Shown piece by piece: positions 1-9,949 of a stretch of DNA of 64,000 nucleotides. How positions within the stretch are numbered: position 1 is the stretch's first letter; each line of letters opens with the position of its first letter. The stretch spans positions 14,127 through 78,126 of the forward strand of contig DATDTM010000047.1 in NCBI GenBank assembly GCA_035290865.1. The letters run 5' to 3'. The notes under the pieces were generated by a model. That model ran no database searches. It worked only from the letters and a program-made list of their open reading frames with translations, and was not told the DNA's origin. The position numbers and the translations under genes were made by a program. This DNA comes from Candidatus Nanoarchaeia archaeon. Its GTDB lineage: Archaea; Nanobdellota; Nanobdellia; Woesearchaeales; GW2011-AR9.

Positions 1-10
1 TGTACTAATC

Positions 11-430
11 ATGCGAGATTACGCCATCGCTCCGATTTCCCCAGGTAAACTGATTTATCATAGTGTGTCTTCAGTAGGAGTAAATTCTAGAACTCATAAT
101 CCCACCCATATTGTTTTACAGAATAATTCTAACAGTGTGTCTGTTACTCTTATTCCTACTTGGAAACCGATAGGAAATTATCATCTCATGAGCCCTCCTG
201 GAGGCAGTTCAACGATAGTTTACGATCCTACCAATATTACCCATAGAAAAAAAGCAGAAAACAAAGCTGACCAAGAAACTGATGCTAATGCTCATGATGA
301 AAAAGCTAGGGCTGCTGCCGTAAAAACTGCTTTTAACCGCTTTCAAAGTATCATTGATGAAGGTAAGTTCCAAATCCATGTTTTCGTTAGGGATTTAGAA
401 GATATGATCTTTTTTGAAGAAATAGGCTAA
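11..430 (+). CDS. hypothetical protein; the reading frame is open to the window edge, so this is probably the C-terminal part of a larger protein
   Basis: ORF in frame with position 2 and no upstream stop; S/T/N-rich then acidic/Lys-rich composition. Confidence 0.3.
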   Translation: MRDYAIAPISPGKLIYHSVSSVGVNSRTHNPTHIVLQNNSNSVSVTLIPTWKPIGNYHLMSPPGGSSTIVYDPTNITHRKKAENKADQETDANAHDEKARAAAVKTAFNRFQSIIDEGKFQIHVFVRDLEDMIFFEEIG

Positions 431-444
431 GGAAAATATTTTGG

Positions 445-1530
445 CTACATGCGAAGAATTGTTTTTTCCCGGCTCTTTATCCCCGTCATCGAAAAGTGCG
501 TTCTAACTCCCTTAAATCGCTTCAACGCCAATTCCATCTTGGGCGGATTTTTCTTCTGCATTCGGGCTATTTCATGCAAATCATAAAATCCAACTTGGTT
601 AACTTTAGCTTCGCCCAGCAATAATTCCAGAAACTTCTGCTCTTCTGGGAAAAGATTCTCATAAACCATCTTCTCCAACAGTTTTTCTTCAGCTAATTTC
701 CCCGTCCACAAAGGCCCGGTAAAAATAAGAATGTTTCCGCAGGAACATTTCTCTTTATTATGAACGGAACACTTGAAATTCAAGCACTTATGGCAGAATA
801 AAAAGTATCGATGCTGCTTAATCAGTTCATCACACTTTTCTTTTCCTTTCTCGTTACGGAAATAAACTCGGAAATAATGATCTTTGCTATACGACAGAAC
901 AGGAACTAAAGCTTTGTCAAACTGAATTCCCTGCAATTGTACTTTTCTGATCAGGATTCGCAATCCGATTTCATGCATCAAATAATTTCTTAATGGTTCC
1001 GCCCAATATTTACGCCGGGTAACTTTAGGATACGTTCCGGTTAAAGCCGCAGTATCCGTAGCTGTTACAGCGATAATCCCTCCGCGGGAGGTTCTCGCCA
1101 CTGCACTAGCTAAGAATGGATTTGGGCTACCAAAAGGATCCACTTCAATATAATCAAAACCTATTTGTTCCTGCATGAAGAGATTGGCGTCCTGGTTAAA
1201 AATTGAAACCTTCTTGAGTTTTAGTTTATTTAATTTTAATCCTGCACCAAAAACCTCTTTAAAATTATCTTTCATATCATTAACATACAAATGCTTAATT
1301 TTCCCTTTCTCCAACTCTTTAAGAAAGCGTAGACTACGAATGCCTGAACCAGCTAGGTGATCCGCAATATTCATCTGCTTATTTTCAACTGAATTAAGCA
1401 GCAAGATAGAAATATTTCTATTGGAAGCCATTATCGGATTATAGAACACTTCCATCCCTGCATGGACATCTCCGCGAGGAAGTTCTATTTTGATTTTATT
1501 GGAATGTTCTTGGATCAGGGACATACTCAA
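445..1530 (-). CDS. trm1: tRNA (guanine26-N2)-dimethyltransferase Trm1
   Basis: N-terminal VFYNPIMASNRNISILLLN matches the Trm1 family motif VFYNP.M..NRD; C-terminal Cys cluster CHKC...CSCGN is a zinc ribbon. Confidence 0.8.
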   Translation of the reverse strand: MSMSLIQEHSNKIKIELPRGDVHAGMEVFYNPIMASNRNISILLLNSVENKQMNIADHLAGSGIRSLRFLKELEKGKIKHLYVNDMKDNFKEVFGAGLKLNKLKLKKVSIFNQDANLFMQEQIGFDYIEVDPFGSPNPFLASAVARTSRGGIIAVTATDTAALTGTYPKVTRRKYWAEPLRNYLMHEIGLRILIRKVQLQGIQFDKALVPVLSYSKDHYFRVYFRNEKGKEKCDELIKQHRYFLFCHKCLNFKCSVHNKEKCSCGNILIFTGPLWTGKLAEEKLLEKMVYENLFPEEQKFLELLLGEAKVNQVGFYDLHEIARMQKKNPPKMELALKRFKGVRTHFSMTGIKSREKTILRM

Positions 1531-1545
1531 TAAAAAATAGAATAA

Positions 1546-1555
1546 CTTTAAAAAT
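1546..1555 (+). promoter_or_regulatory. candidate archaeal TATA box (ctttaaaaat) 23-32 nt upstream of the aIF5B start
   Basis: AT-rich TATA-like element at the spacing expected for a leaderless archaeal transcript. Confidence 0.3.
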
Positions 1556-1577
1556 TAATCTGATTCTTTCTACATCT

Positions 1578-3365
1578 ATGGCCACTCGCAGACCCATCAT
1601 CACTGTACTCGGACATGTCGATCACGGCAAGTCCAGCATCTTAGATAAGATTAGAGGTACGGCTGTAGTTGCTGGTGAAGCCGGCGGAATTACTCAAGCC
1701 ATCGGCTGCAGCTGTGTGCCCATCGCTACTATCGAAAAGATCTGCGGTCCCTTATTAAAAGCGATTAAATCTAAGATTACCCTTCCCGGCTTATTATTCA
1801 TTGACTCTCCCGGCCATGCTGCCTTTACTTCTTTAAGAAAACGAGGCGGATCTTTAGCCGATATTGCTATTTTGGTTATTGATATTAACGAAGGTCTAAA
1901 ACCTCAGACCATAGAATCTATTGAAATCTTAAAACACAATAAAGTTCCTTTTATCATCGCTGCCAATAAAATTGACTTAATTAACGGCTGGTCAGTAGAC
2001 CCCAAAAAATCTTTACTAGAAAATATTAACCTCTTAAACTTTCAGGTCCAGGGAGAGTTAGAGAAAAAAATGTATGAATTGGTAGGTAAAGTCTCAGAAT
2101 TAGGTTTCCCCTCAGAACGATTTGATCGTATTGATGATTATACTAAACAGATTGCCATTATTCCCCTCTCTGCTAAAAGTGGCCAGGGCCTTCCGGAATT
2201 ATTGATGGTCTTAACCGGCCTGGCCCAAAAATTCTTGGAAAAGAAATTGGAAATTGAAGAGAAAGGTCCCGCCAAAGGTAGTATTCTAGAAGTCAAAGAT
2301 GAAAAAGGTCTGGGTCGAACTTTAGACGCAATTATTTACAATGGTTCCCTCAAAGTTAATGATACTTTAATCATCGGAGGAATAGAAAAACCTTTAGTAG
2401 TCAAAGTCCGGGCTTTACTGGAACCAGCAGAATTAGCCGAGATGCGAGAAAAGAAAAGCAAGTTCAAGAACGTTAAAGAAGTTTTCGCTGCCACTGGAGT
2501 AAAAATCTCCGCTCCCGGCTTAGACGAAGCAATTTCCGGTATGCCTCTGCGCGGCTGTTCTGGAAATGAAAAAGAAATAGAAACGCTAAAAAAAGAAGTC
2601 CAGGAAGAGATCAAAGATATTGTCTTAGAATGCGATGATTGTGTTGGAGTAATTATCAAAGCAGACACTATCGGCGGATTAGAAGCTTTAAGAAACCTGC
2701 TTCAGGAAAAGAAAATCCCTTTAGCTTCTGCTTCCCTGGGTGATATTACTAAGAGAGACCTTTCTAAATTAGAATTTGTCAAAGAAAAAGATCCTTTCCA
2801 GGCGGTCATCTTAGGTTTTAATGTTAAAGTATCTGAAGACTTAACTGATTACATCAAAACTAAAGGCTTTAAAATAATTACTAATGAAGTAATTTACAAG
2901 ATCATTGAAGATTACACTGCTTATCAAAGTTCTCTTAAAAAAGAGCTTGAAATTAAAGAATTATCCGGATTGGTTCGCCCTTGTAAATTCTTTCTCTTGA
3001 AAGGCTATGTTTTCAGACAAAACAATCCGGCCATTATCGGAGCTGAAATAGAGATCGGCCAGCTTAAAAGTAGTGATCCCATCATGAACAAGGAAGGGAA
3101 AGCGCTTACTACCATTAAAGCCATGCAGGACGGGCAGGAGAACGTCAGTCTTGCCTTGCAGGGTAGACAACTGGCTCTTTCTATGGATGGAGTAACCCTA
3201 GGCAGACAGATCCATGAAGGAGACTATTTGTATACCGATATTCCTGAAAACGATTTCAAAAGATTAAAAGAGTTGACTAAGCATCTATCTAAGATGGAAA
3301 TTGAAGTTCTCAAAGAGATTGTGGAAATAAAAAGAAGAATCAACCCGGTTTGGGGTGTGGGATAA
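1578..3365 (+). CDS. infB: translation initiation factor aIF5B (IF-2)
   Basis: G1 motif PIITVLGHVDHGKSSILDKIRGT, DSPGH G3 motif, NKID G4 motif; 595 aa is typical for archaeal IF-2. Confidence 0.9.
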   Translation: MATRRPIITVLGHVDHGKSSILDKIRGTAVVAGEAGGITQAIGCSCVPIATIEKICGPLLKAIKSKITLPGLLFIDSPGHAAFTSLRKRGGSLADIAILVIDINEGLKPQTIESIEILKHNKVPFIIAANKIDLINGWSVDPKKSLLENINLLNFQVQGELEKKMYELVGKVSELGFPSERFDRIDDYTKQIAIIPLSAKSGQGLPELLMVLTGLAQKFLEKKLEIEEKGPAKGSILEVKDEKGLGRTLDAIIYNGSLKVNDTLIIGGIEKPLVVKVRALLEPAELAEMREKKSKFKNVKEVFAATGVKISAPGLDEAISGMPLRGCSGNEKEIETLKKEVQEEIKDIVLECDDCVGVIIKADTIGGLEALRNLLQEKKIPLASASLGDITKRDLSKLEFVKEKDPFQAVILGFNVKVSEDLTDYIKTKGFKIITNEVIYKIIEDYTAYQSSLKKELEIKELSGLVRPCKFFLLKGYVFRQNNPAIIGAEIEIGQLKSSDPIMNKEGKALTTIKAMQDGQENVSLALQGRQLALSMDGVTLGRQIHEGDYLYTDIPENDFKRLKELTKHLSKMEIEVLKEIVEIKRRINPVWGVG

Positions 3366-3432
3366 GAAATTAGTCCCTAAAACTCTAAAGATACCCAAAT
3401 CCTATCGAAACTAATAAATAGAAGTACTGCTT

Positions 3433-3933
3433 TTGTTACTATTCTGCGGGTATATGGAACATATAAAAGAAACTTTATTAGATGCTCGAGAAGAGCTGAA
3501 ACGTCTGGAACATATTATTTACGTAAGCTTAAAATACACCCGTACCGTAGACGTAATTCTTAACGCCTTAAAAATGCTAGTGAATGTTTATGATCTAATC
3601 ATCGAAGCTATGCTCGAGAAAGCCAAAAAAGAGGGCAAAACCGAAGTTCTGGCTAAAAGTCCAGCTTTAAGAGCAACTAAATTATCCGAAGTCTATGCGG
3701 ATGACCCTAAAATGCTCCAATTCTTATCTTTTTATTGGTTTTTGAAAAGTATTCTCAAGTTGCCCCAAGCTAAAATCTGCGAATACCGGCGTCACGTAGC
3801 TTTAATTGTGGATTTAAATAATACCACCGCAGAGATAAACATTGATAATTTAACCAACTGCGAACGATTCGCCCATAAATTCTTTAATTATTCCTGGATG
3901 TTAGTTAGCGGAAAGAAAGAAGAAGACGAATAA
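3433..3933 (+). CDS. hypothetical protein (likely true start at MEHIKE, 3454)
   Basis: ORF only; helical, no recognisable motif. Confidence 0.4.
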   Translation: MLLFCGYMEHIKETLLDAREELKRLEHIIYVSLKYTRTVDVILNALKMLVNVYDLIIEAMLEKAKKEGKTEVLAKSPALRATKLSEVYADDPKMLQFLSFYWFLKSILKLPQAKICEYRRHVALIVDLNNTTAEINIDNLTNCERFAHKFFNYSWMLVSGKKEEDE

Positions 3934-4039
3934 GTTTATTTTGTTTAGAAAACTTTGAAAAATAGTAATTTTTAGATGACCATTACGACTATTTCAAATT
4001 CTCTTAGAGGACTTTGGTATAAATTATTCAAAGTCATCT

Positions 4040-4651
4040 TTAACTAGCCTGATCCGAATTTAGTGCATAAGCTCTTCTGCGCAGACCATATTTTCTAGGG
4101 ATATGATACACTATCTTAAGACTGTCTTTACTGTTCTGTTTATCGGATAGGCGCACCTCAATTCCATCTCTAATCGGCTGTGATTCTTCTCCAGATATTA
4201 AGGTTAAATAATGAGAACCACTCTCGTCTATTACTTCCACTTTTCCTTCCCGATGAAAAACTGTTCCCTTGACTTCTCGTACTACCAGGTCTAAACTAGT
4301 TCCATCCCCCATAATTCTCGCTCCTGTGTTCAAAGGGAAATCTAAAACTAAATGAGCTAGGATTTGATCATAATAATCGTTTCTGTTTATACTATAGTTT
4401 GGATCAGCAAGATAGGCAATCTCAACCTTATTTCTTCCTAGGATTTGAATTAATTCAACCCCTAGGTCAGGAAAAAGTTTACATTCTGGCTGCCCTAAGT
4501 TAAGATGAACTTTTTGTATTCCGGGAACACCATTAATTTCCAGAACCGCTTTATGAGAATACAATTTTCTGACTATCACATCTATAATCTGGCCTTTACC
4601 CTCAATATGCGCTCCTTCATGACGGCGATGCCTTAAAAGTAATCTTGTCAT
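4040..4651 (-). CDS. hypothetical protein
   Basis: 203-aa ORF; weak, unconfirmed resemblance to archaeal CTP-dependent riboflavin kinase. Confidence 0.4.
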   Translation of the reverse strand: MTRLLLRHRRHEGAHIEGKGQIIDVIVRKLYSHKAVLEINGVPGIQKVHLNLGQPECKLFPDLGVELIQILGRNKVEIAYLADPNYSINRNDYYDQILAHLVLDFPLNTGARIMGDGTSLDLVVREVKGTVFHREGKVEVIDESGSHYLTLISGEESQPIRDGIEVRLSDKQNSKDSLKIVYHIPRKYGLRRRAYALNSDQAS

Positions 4652-4808
4652 TATCCAACTGAATCAGTTAAACCCTATAAATTCTTTATGCAAATCCAGG
4701 ATATAAATCTTTATTTTAAATTATTACTAATCTAATATATACTCTTACTGAGAGAAAATATTAAATACTCCCCGCCATTTATTCCCATTAAAAATAGGTG
4801 ATCTAGAA

Positions 4809-5525
4809 ATGACCCGTTTTATTGCCCTGGTCTCAGGGAAAGGAGGTGTAGGTAAAACTACCGCTACTTTAAACCTAGGCTATGCCCTAACCAAATTAGG
4901 CAAGAAGGTCCTGCTTCTGGATGCAAACTTAGTCACTCCTAATCTAGCTTTACAATTAGGCATCCTTAACCCCAGAAATACTCTTAACCAATTCTTACGC
5001 AAGGAAAAGACGTTATCTGAGATTACCTATCTGCATGAAAGCGGTATCTCAGTTATTCCTTCCTCTCCATCCTATGCAGAATACCAAAAAACTAATGTCC
5101 AGAATTTATCTGAAATCTTTGAACATCTGGATGAAGCCGCAGACTTTGTTTTGGTAGATTCACCCAGCGGATTAGGTTATGAAGTCAGCCAAGTTCTAAA
5201 AAATACTGATGAAGTTCTCATTGTGGTCAATCCTAACTTAAGCTCGGTCATGGACGCCCTCAAAACTGTTCAATTAGCTAAAGAGCATAACAATACTGTT
5301 GCCGGAATTATCTTAAACTTTGGTCATAATGGCAGGCACGAATTAAAATCCACAGAAGTTTCTAATCTGTTAGGCTACCCTTTGATTGCCGAGATCAAAC
5401 AAGACCGCAAATTTCGCAAAGCTTTGCATAAGCAGGCTCCTCTAAGCCATCTCTATCCTTTTTCCCGTTCTGCCCGCCAATTTAAGAGAGTAGCAGAATT
5501 TATCACCCTGAATCCGATAAAATAA
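4809..5525 (+). CDS. ParA/MinD-family P-loop ATPase
   Basis: Deviant Walker A SGKGGVGKTT at the N-terminus; VDSPSG Walker B-like segment. Confidence 0.8.
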   Translation: MTRFIALVSGKGGVGKTTATLNLGYALTKLGKKVLLLDANLVTPNLALQLGILNPRNTLNQFLRKEKTLSEITYLHESGISVIPSSPSYAEYQKTNVQNLSEIFEHLDEAADFVLVDSPSGLGYEVSQVLKNTDEVLIVVNPNLSSVMDALKTVQLAKEHNNTVAGIILNFGHNGRHELKSTEVSNLLGYPLIAEIKQDRKFRKALHKQAPLSHLYPFSRSARQFKRVAEFITLNPIK

Positions 5526-5545
5526 TTATAGGTTTATTTTCAAGC

Positions 5546-6052
5546 ATGAATAACCAAAAATACACTGAAAAACTAAAGCTTTCTGAGAAAGGCTGGAATG
5601 ATAAAGAATTAAGAAAAGCAGAAGAGATCCTGAATAAAGAGACTGAACGCGATCTACATTTCTCCACCATGGTCTTCTGGAGTGCTGTTTTGGTTATTAT
5701 TTTTGCTAACTTAATTGTTTCCCTGATTTTAATCCCTTTCCTCATTGTACTTAATTCCTGGGTGCTTTATCTGATTGTCATCTCATTAGGATTTACCATT
5801 GGATCTTTGTATGCTTTCCTAATCAATAGCTCTAGTTATTTCAAGACCAAACATCATCTTTTGGGCGGGGTCATCATTCCGATTATAGCCCTGGCTAATT
5901 TTATCGGCATGGTTTTAGTAGCCAACAAGTTTATTGCTGATGCTAAGATCAATAATTTACCCCATAATATTTGGGTTATTGCAATAATCTTTACTCTTGC
6001 CCTGATTCTGCCTTATTTGCTAGGAAAAGTGTGGGGTTTGATGAAGAGATAA
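5546..6052 (+). CDS. integral membrane protein, hypothetical
   Basis: Four to five hydrophobic helices after a charged N-terminal region. Confidence 0.5.
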   Translation: MNNQKYTEKLKLSEKGWNDKELRKAEEILNKETERDLHFSTMVFWSAVLVIIFANLIVSLILIPFLIVLNSWVLYLIVISLGFTIGSLYAFLINSSSYFKTKHHLLGGVIIPIIALANFIGMVLVANKFIADAKINNLPHNIWVIAIIFTLALILPYLLGKVWGLMKR

Positions 6053-6099
6053 ATCTGTTCTGCCAAAACTTGGGATAAGAAAGTCTAACAGAAGATAGC

Positions 6100-6492
6100 T
6101 TATCGTTTCCACTCTTTAATTTTCGGATGAAAATCAACCTGATATTCTGGAATACCTAATGAAATTCCATAATGTTTGGCTTCATCGTATTGCTCTTTAC
6201 TTCTTCTATCAATATAGAACACTTTGTTGCGAAAGATTATATAATGATAAAAATCATTTTTGAAATCAGCGTACCAATTGTGTTTAGAATCTAATGACTG
6301 ACTTAACTCTTCCGCAACTGCATCAGCTTGGCTACCAAAGATTTCAACGGTATGTAAAGTCCATTGTTTGATCCAAGGGGTTTTATGTTTTTCAATAACT
6401 TCCTCTATTTTTGTCTGGATAATTCTTACCTTTTTCAAAATACTTTTTTTCTCAAGACTCTCTTCAATGATTACCCCTTTGAAATTAGGCAT
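6100..6492 (-). CDS. hypothetical protein; the ORF-track N-terminus overlaps the upstream gene, so start moved to MPNFKG
   Basis: ORF 6100-6720 overlaps 6504-6845; an internal Met at 6492 gives a non-overlapping 131-aa product. Confidence 0.4.
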   Translation of the reverse strand: MPNFKGVIIEESLEKKSILKKVRIIQTKIEEVIEKHKTPWIKQWTLHTVEIFGSQADAVAEELSQSLDSKHNWYADFKNDFYHYIIFRNKVFYIDRRSKEQYDEAKHYGISLGIPEYQVDFHPKIKEWKR

Positions 6493-6503
6493 ACTTAACC
6501 TCA

Positions 6504-6845
6504 CTAACTCCCCACCCCAATCAAAACAATTCCCAGAATAATTCCCGCAAGAGAAAGATATTTCCAGCCGTTCATCTTCTCGTTTAAGTATTTCACTGAC
6601 AAAATAATCGTCCAGACATAAGTTAAAGAAACCAAAGGGTAAACTACGCTTAACTCTTCTCTGGATAAAGCCAGTAAATAACACAATACCGATAATCCGT
6701 ACAGAAACATTCCCAGCCATAATTTCGGAGAAAATAGTAATCTTCTAAATTCAGCCCCATCCACTGCTTTTTTAATTACCAGATTACCAGTAGCTCCAAT
6801 CAGCGAACCGAATCCGATCACCAATAGTACAAAAGAACTAATCAT
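6504..6845 (-). CDS. small 4-TM DMT/SMR-like (EamA-half) membrane protein
   Basis: 113 aa with four hydrophobic helices; adjacent to and overlapping a similar partner, in an ArnE/ArnF-like arrangement. Confidence 0.5.
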   Translation of the reverse strand: MISSFVLLVIGFGSLIGATGNLVIKKAVDGAEFRRLLFSPKLWLGMFLYGLSVLCYLLALSREELSVVYPLVSLTYVWTIILSVKYLNEKMNGWKYLSLAGIILGIVLIGVGS

Positions 6846-7248
6846 TTTTATCTCCCACCGCTTTCAAGCTGCTGGTTTCGTTAGTCTTTCTCGTGCTCAT
6901 CCCCAATAAACTAACCGAGATGATAATTAAAATTACTCCTGCCCATTTCCAAATATTCATCGCGTCTGTTGGAAAAAATATGGGTGAAAAGATACTGATC
7001 CAGATAAAACTGGTAGCGATGATGGGATAGAGAACGCTTAACTCACCTGATTTCAGAGCCAGCAGCATCAGGATAAAACCGAGACCATAAGAGATGAAAC
7101 CTAAAATTATAAACATATTCAAAAAGCTTAACCAATCATTAAAATTTAAACTTATTAATCCTTTCTTCCAGAGTAGCTGGCCCACCGAAGTAAAAAGAGT
7201 ACAGAGAATAATCAAAAAAATCGCTTTCAGAGAAGTTTTATTACCCAT
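6838..7248 (-). CDS. small 4-TM DMT/SMR-like membrane protein, partner of 6504-6845
   Basis: 136 aa with four hydrophobic helices; 8-nt overlap with the downstream paralog. Confidence 0.5.
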   Translation of the reverse strand: MGNKTSLKAIFLIILCTLFTSVGQLLWKKGLISLNFNDWLSFLNMFIILGFISYGLGFILMLLALKSGELSVLYPIIATSFIWISIFSPIFFPTDAMNIWKWAGVILIIISVSLLGMSTRKTNETSSLKAVGDKND

Positions 7249-7297
7249 CGGTCCTCTTCTTCAAAATCTGTTTCTTACAACATGATTTATTATACTT

Positions 7298-8896
7298 TCA
7301 GTTTTCATGATGTAAAAGCATCTCTACCACTACTGCATAAGCTGGCCGAGCAATTAATACTCCAAAGGAAACTCCGGCAATAGTAGTCAAGGCAAAACCT
7401 TTCAGTAATCCGGCACCTGCCCATAATAAGGGGGTCATGGAAGCAACCGCAGTAAAATAAGCCCCAAAGATAATAAACAAAGCATTTTTCAGCCGAACCT
7501 TCCAATCTGTAGCTGAAACCTCTCCTTTTACTGTTTCATCAGTAATCACCACCAGATGATCTACTGCCGTACCAATAACAATGATGATGGCCGCCATGGA
7601 AGCCAGATCCAAATTCCAGCCCACCAAAGCTGCAAAGCCCAAAACTAAAGTTATTTCAGAGATAATAGTCAAGATTAAAGGAATAATTACCTTCGGTCTA
7701 CGGTATCTAATCGTAACTACTGCGCTTACAGTTAAAATTGCTAATACCCCCACTAATAAAATATTATTCAAAAACTCTTTACCTAAAGTAGGTGAGATAG
7801 TATCCATCTTGACCACTTCTAATTTTACCGGTAAGCTTCCGGTAATGATGATCGTTTGCAATCGTTTCATGTTTTGGAGGGCATTATTCATGGCCTCCTC
7901 CTGATTGATTCCTGCGCCAGAACCCGAAATTTGAATATTAGTGGTTGCTCTTCCTTTTAATTCCGCCCCGATCTTTAACTTATCCACCTCTTTATCATCT
8001 AGGAAAAGAGTAATGTCTTCGCTCAGGTAATTGCTGCCCTGATCTGCCACTATAGATAACTTATTGGTAAGTTCTGCCTGTCTATTAGCTGCCTCTTCGC
8101 TGAGAGTAATTCCAAAGAAAAAAGCGCAGGCATAGCCATTCCCTGATTTAAAACAGCCTTTGCGTGGATCTATCCCAGAACAATCTGCACTTCTGCAGAC
8201 ATAAGTGATATCTTTTTTACCCCCAAAAAAGACGGTGGCATTTCCTATTTTAGCTTCGAACTTGCCCTGTTTAGCCAGAAGTTCTTTCACTTCCTCTTCA
8301 GTCACTCCGGCAATTTCTACTAAAATGAAATCATCTCCGGTTAAGTCTGATGCGGTTCTGACCGTAACATCGCTTAAGCCATAAACATTTAATCTTTGTT
8401 TAAGGGTCTCTACCGTAGTCTCTAAATCTTCCTGAGAAACTGCCTCTGCCGGTTTTAATAGTACTCTCGTACCCCCCTCTAGATCTAGGCCTTTCTTTAG
8501 GTTAGTAGTGGGCGCATCATAAACTTTGATCCCTAAATCTATCTGCCCTTTAGTATCGCCAGTAGTCAAAAAATAATCCCCTTTAGAAGTAATTATTTTT
8601 ACTGTGCTATTAGAAACTAACCCGCTTTCTAGAGCATAGAAATCCAAGGCGCTATTTACTGGTTCGCCATTAAAAGAAATAATTTTTTCTTTAGCCAAAG
8701 GGGTAGTCTTAGAGGTGGGGCTCTGCATTCCCGCAATGGAAGCAGAAGTATTTTGGTTAATGCTTCTTATTGCCGCCCCTTCATTACCTAGCCAAACTTC
8801 TGTGTTTAAAGAGAAAATGGAAACCAAAGCAAAAACTAAGAAAATCATCAATAACACAACTCTCCAATTGCTAAATATTTTTTTCCAGGGAATCAT
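7298..8896 (-). CDS. secD: protein-export membrane protein SecD
   Basis: N-terminal TM helix, large periplasmic-type domain, C-terminal 6-TM bundle with IGTAVDHLVVITDE (SecD/F motif); followed by secF. Confidence 0.7.
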   Translation of the reverse strand: MIPWKKIFSNWRVVLLMIFLVFALVSIFSLNTEVWLGNEGAAIRSINQNTSASIAGMQSPTSKTTPLAKEKIISFNGEPVNSALDFYALESGLVSNSTVKIITSKGDYFLTTGDTKGQIDLGIKVYDAPTTNLKKGLDLEGGTRVLLKPAEAVSQEDLETTVETLKQRLNVYGLSDVTVRTASDLTGDDFILVEIAGVTEEEVKELLAKQGKFEAKIGNATVFFGGKKDITYVCRSADCSGIDPRKGCFKSGNGYACAFFFGITLSEEAANRQAELTNKLSIVADQGSNYLSEDITLFLDDKEVDKLKIGAELKGRATTNIQISGSGAGINQEEAMNNALQNMKRLQTIIITGSLPVKLEVVKMDTISPTLGKEFLNNILLVGVLAILTVSAVVTIRYRRPKVIIPLILTIISEITLVLGFAALVGWNLDLASMAAIIIVIGTAVDHLVVITDETVKGEVSATDWKVRLKNALFIIFGAYFTAVASMTPLLWAGAGLLKGFALTTIAGVSFGVLIARPAYAVVVEMLLHHEN

Positions 8897-8901
8897 TTTT
8901 T

Positions 8902-9798
8902 TTACTTTAAATTGGGTTTTTTCTTTTCTAGATATAATCTTAGGAAAGCTACGTTCTGGATCCAGGTCATGATCATATCCACAAACATTCCGATTAAAAC
9001 TATCACTAAAATCTGGCGGATAGTCTCACTCTGAACAAAAATTAAAGCTACTAAAACTACACAGATAGTAGTTACGGTCATGGTCATTCCCGTACTGATA
9101 GAGCTATAAATTCTCTCCATTACTGTACCTTCATGCCTTTTTAAAACTCTGGTAGTAAGTAAAATATCTGTATCAATGGAATAGCCAATTAACATCAAAA
9201 ATCCAGCTACTCCTGCCGTGCTTAGTTTAATTCCGGTTAGATTAAAGATGGCCATAGTCACTACAATATCCGAGAAGGCACAGGCAATTACTGCCAAGCT
9301 GGGAATCCATAAACGAAAATAAAGCAAGACTACTAAAGCCATTAAGATAAAAGAGATGATTAAGGCAATTCCCGCCTGTTTGAAAAAGCTCGAGCCTAAA
9401 GCTGCTCCCATTACCTCTACACTTGGTTTCGCTCCTTTCAGGTCAACTTTTTTATTTAAAGCATTAAGGATCAGATTGATTTCCGCATTATCTTGGGCAT
9501 CAGAATCTACCGCTAAAGCCACCACTTTTCCTGCCGCATAGATTGTACGCACATTTATCTCCGCAGAGGGAAATTCTTGGTGTAAATATGATTGTAAATC
9601 TTCTGGATTCAACTCCGTATTTTCAAGAGTAATGGTCGAACCGCCTTTGAGAGTAATCCCCCGATGGACAAAATCTCCAGTTAAAGCTGTCTGCACTCCA
9701 ATCTGAACAAAAGCCAAGACTAATAATAATAATGAAAACATTAACAGAACTTTATATTTCTCTTCGTAAATACGTTTGATAGTTTGTTTCAGAGTCAT
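8902..9798 (-). CDS. secF: protein-export membrane protein SecF
   Basis: 298 aa; N-terminal TM helix then C-terminal 5-6 TM; GYSIDTDILLTTRVLK resembles the SecF conserved segment. Confidence 0.7.
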   Translation of the reverse strand: MTLKQTIKRIYEEKYKVLLMFSLLLLVLAFVQIGVQTALTGDFVHRGITLKGGSTITLENTELNPEDLQSYLHQEFPSAEINVRTIYAAGKVVALAVDSDAQDNAEINLILNALNKKVDLKGAKPSVEVMGAALGSSFFKQAGIALIISFILMALVVLLYFRLWIPSLAVIACAFSDIVVTMAIFNLTGIKLSTAGVAGFLMLIGYSIDTDILLTTRVLKRHEGTVMERIYSSISTGMTMTVTTICVVLVALIFVQSETIRQILVIVLIGMFVDMIMTWIQNVAFLRLYLEKKKPNLK

Positions 9799-9949
9799 TT
9801 TTTATGATCAACTTAATTTAACTTTAAGCTAAGAACAAATTTTCTGGTATATATATAAAGATTGTGATGATTCTAAGAATAAATTAATTAAAAAGATATT
9901 TAAACCTAAATCATTTAACTTCTTAAATCTATAAAAAAAGAGGTTAAAA

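Noticed and set aside
1175-1360. Short ORFs antisense to or embedded within strongly supported genes (e.g. 1175-1360, 2336-2668, 2961-3170, 7305-7505, 7581-7904, 9356-9541, 11642-11863, 12118-12327, 16610-16798, 18053-18370, 19122-19349, 36391-36834, 37080-37301, 38998-39207, 41376-41579, 47235-47426, 52110-52637, 57117-58032, 59071-59842, 61160-62692, 63402-63722)
   Set aside because: They are shadow ORFs with low-complexity composition and no motifs. Each lies inside a gene with clear family signatures or domain repeats on the opposite strand or in another frame.
4040-4651. Assignment of the 203-aa product as CTP-dependent riboflavin kinase (RibK/RbkR)
   Set aside because: There is only a vague pattern resemblance (an NL..G segment and a hydrophobic YxxxI segment). 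The characteristic motifs are not clearly present, so I left it hypothetical.
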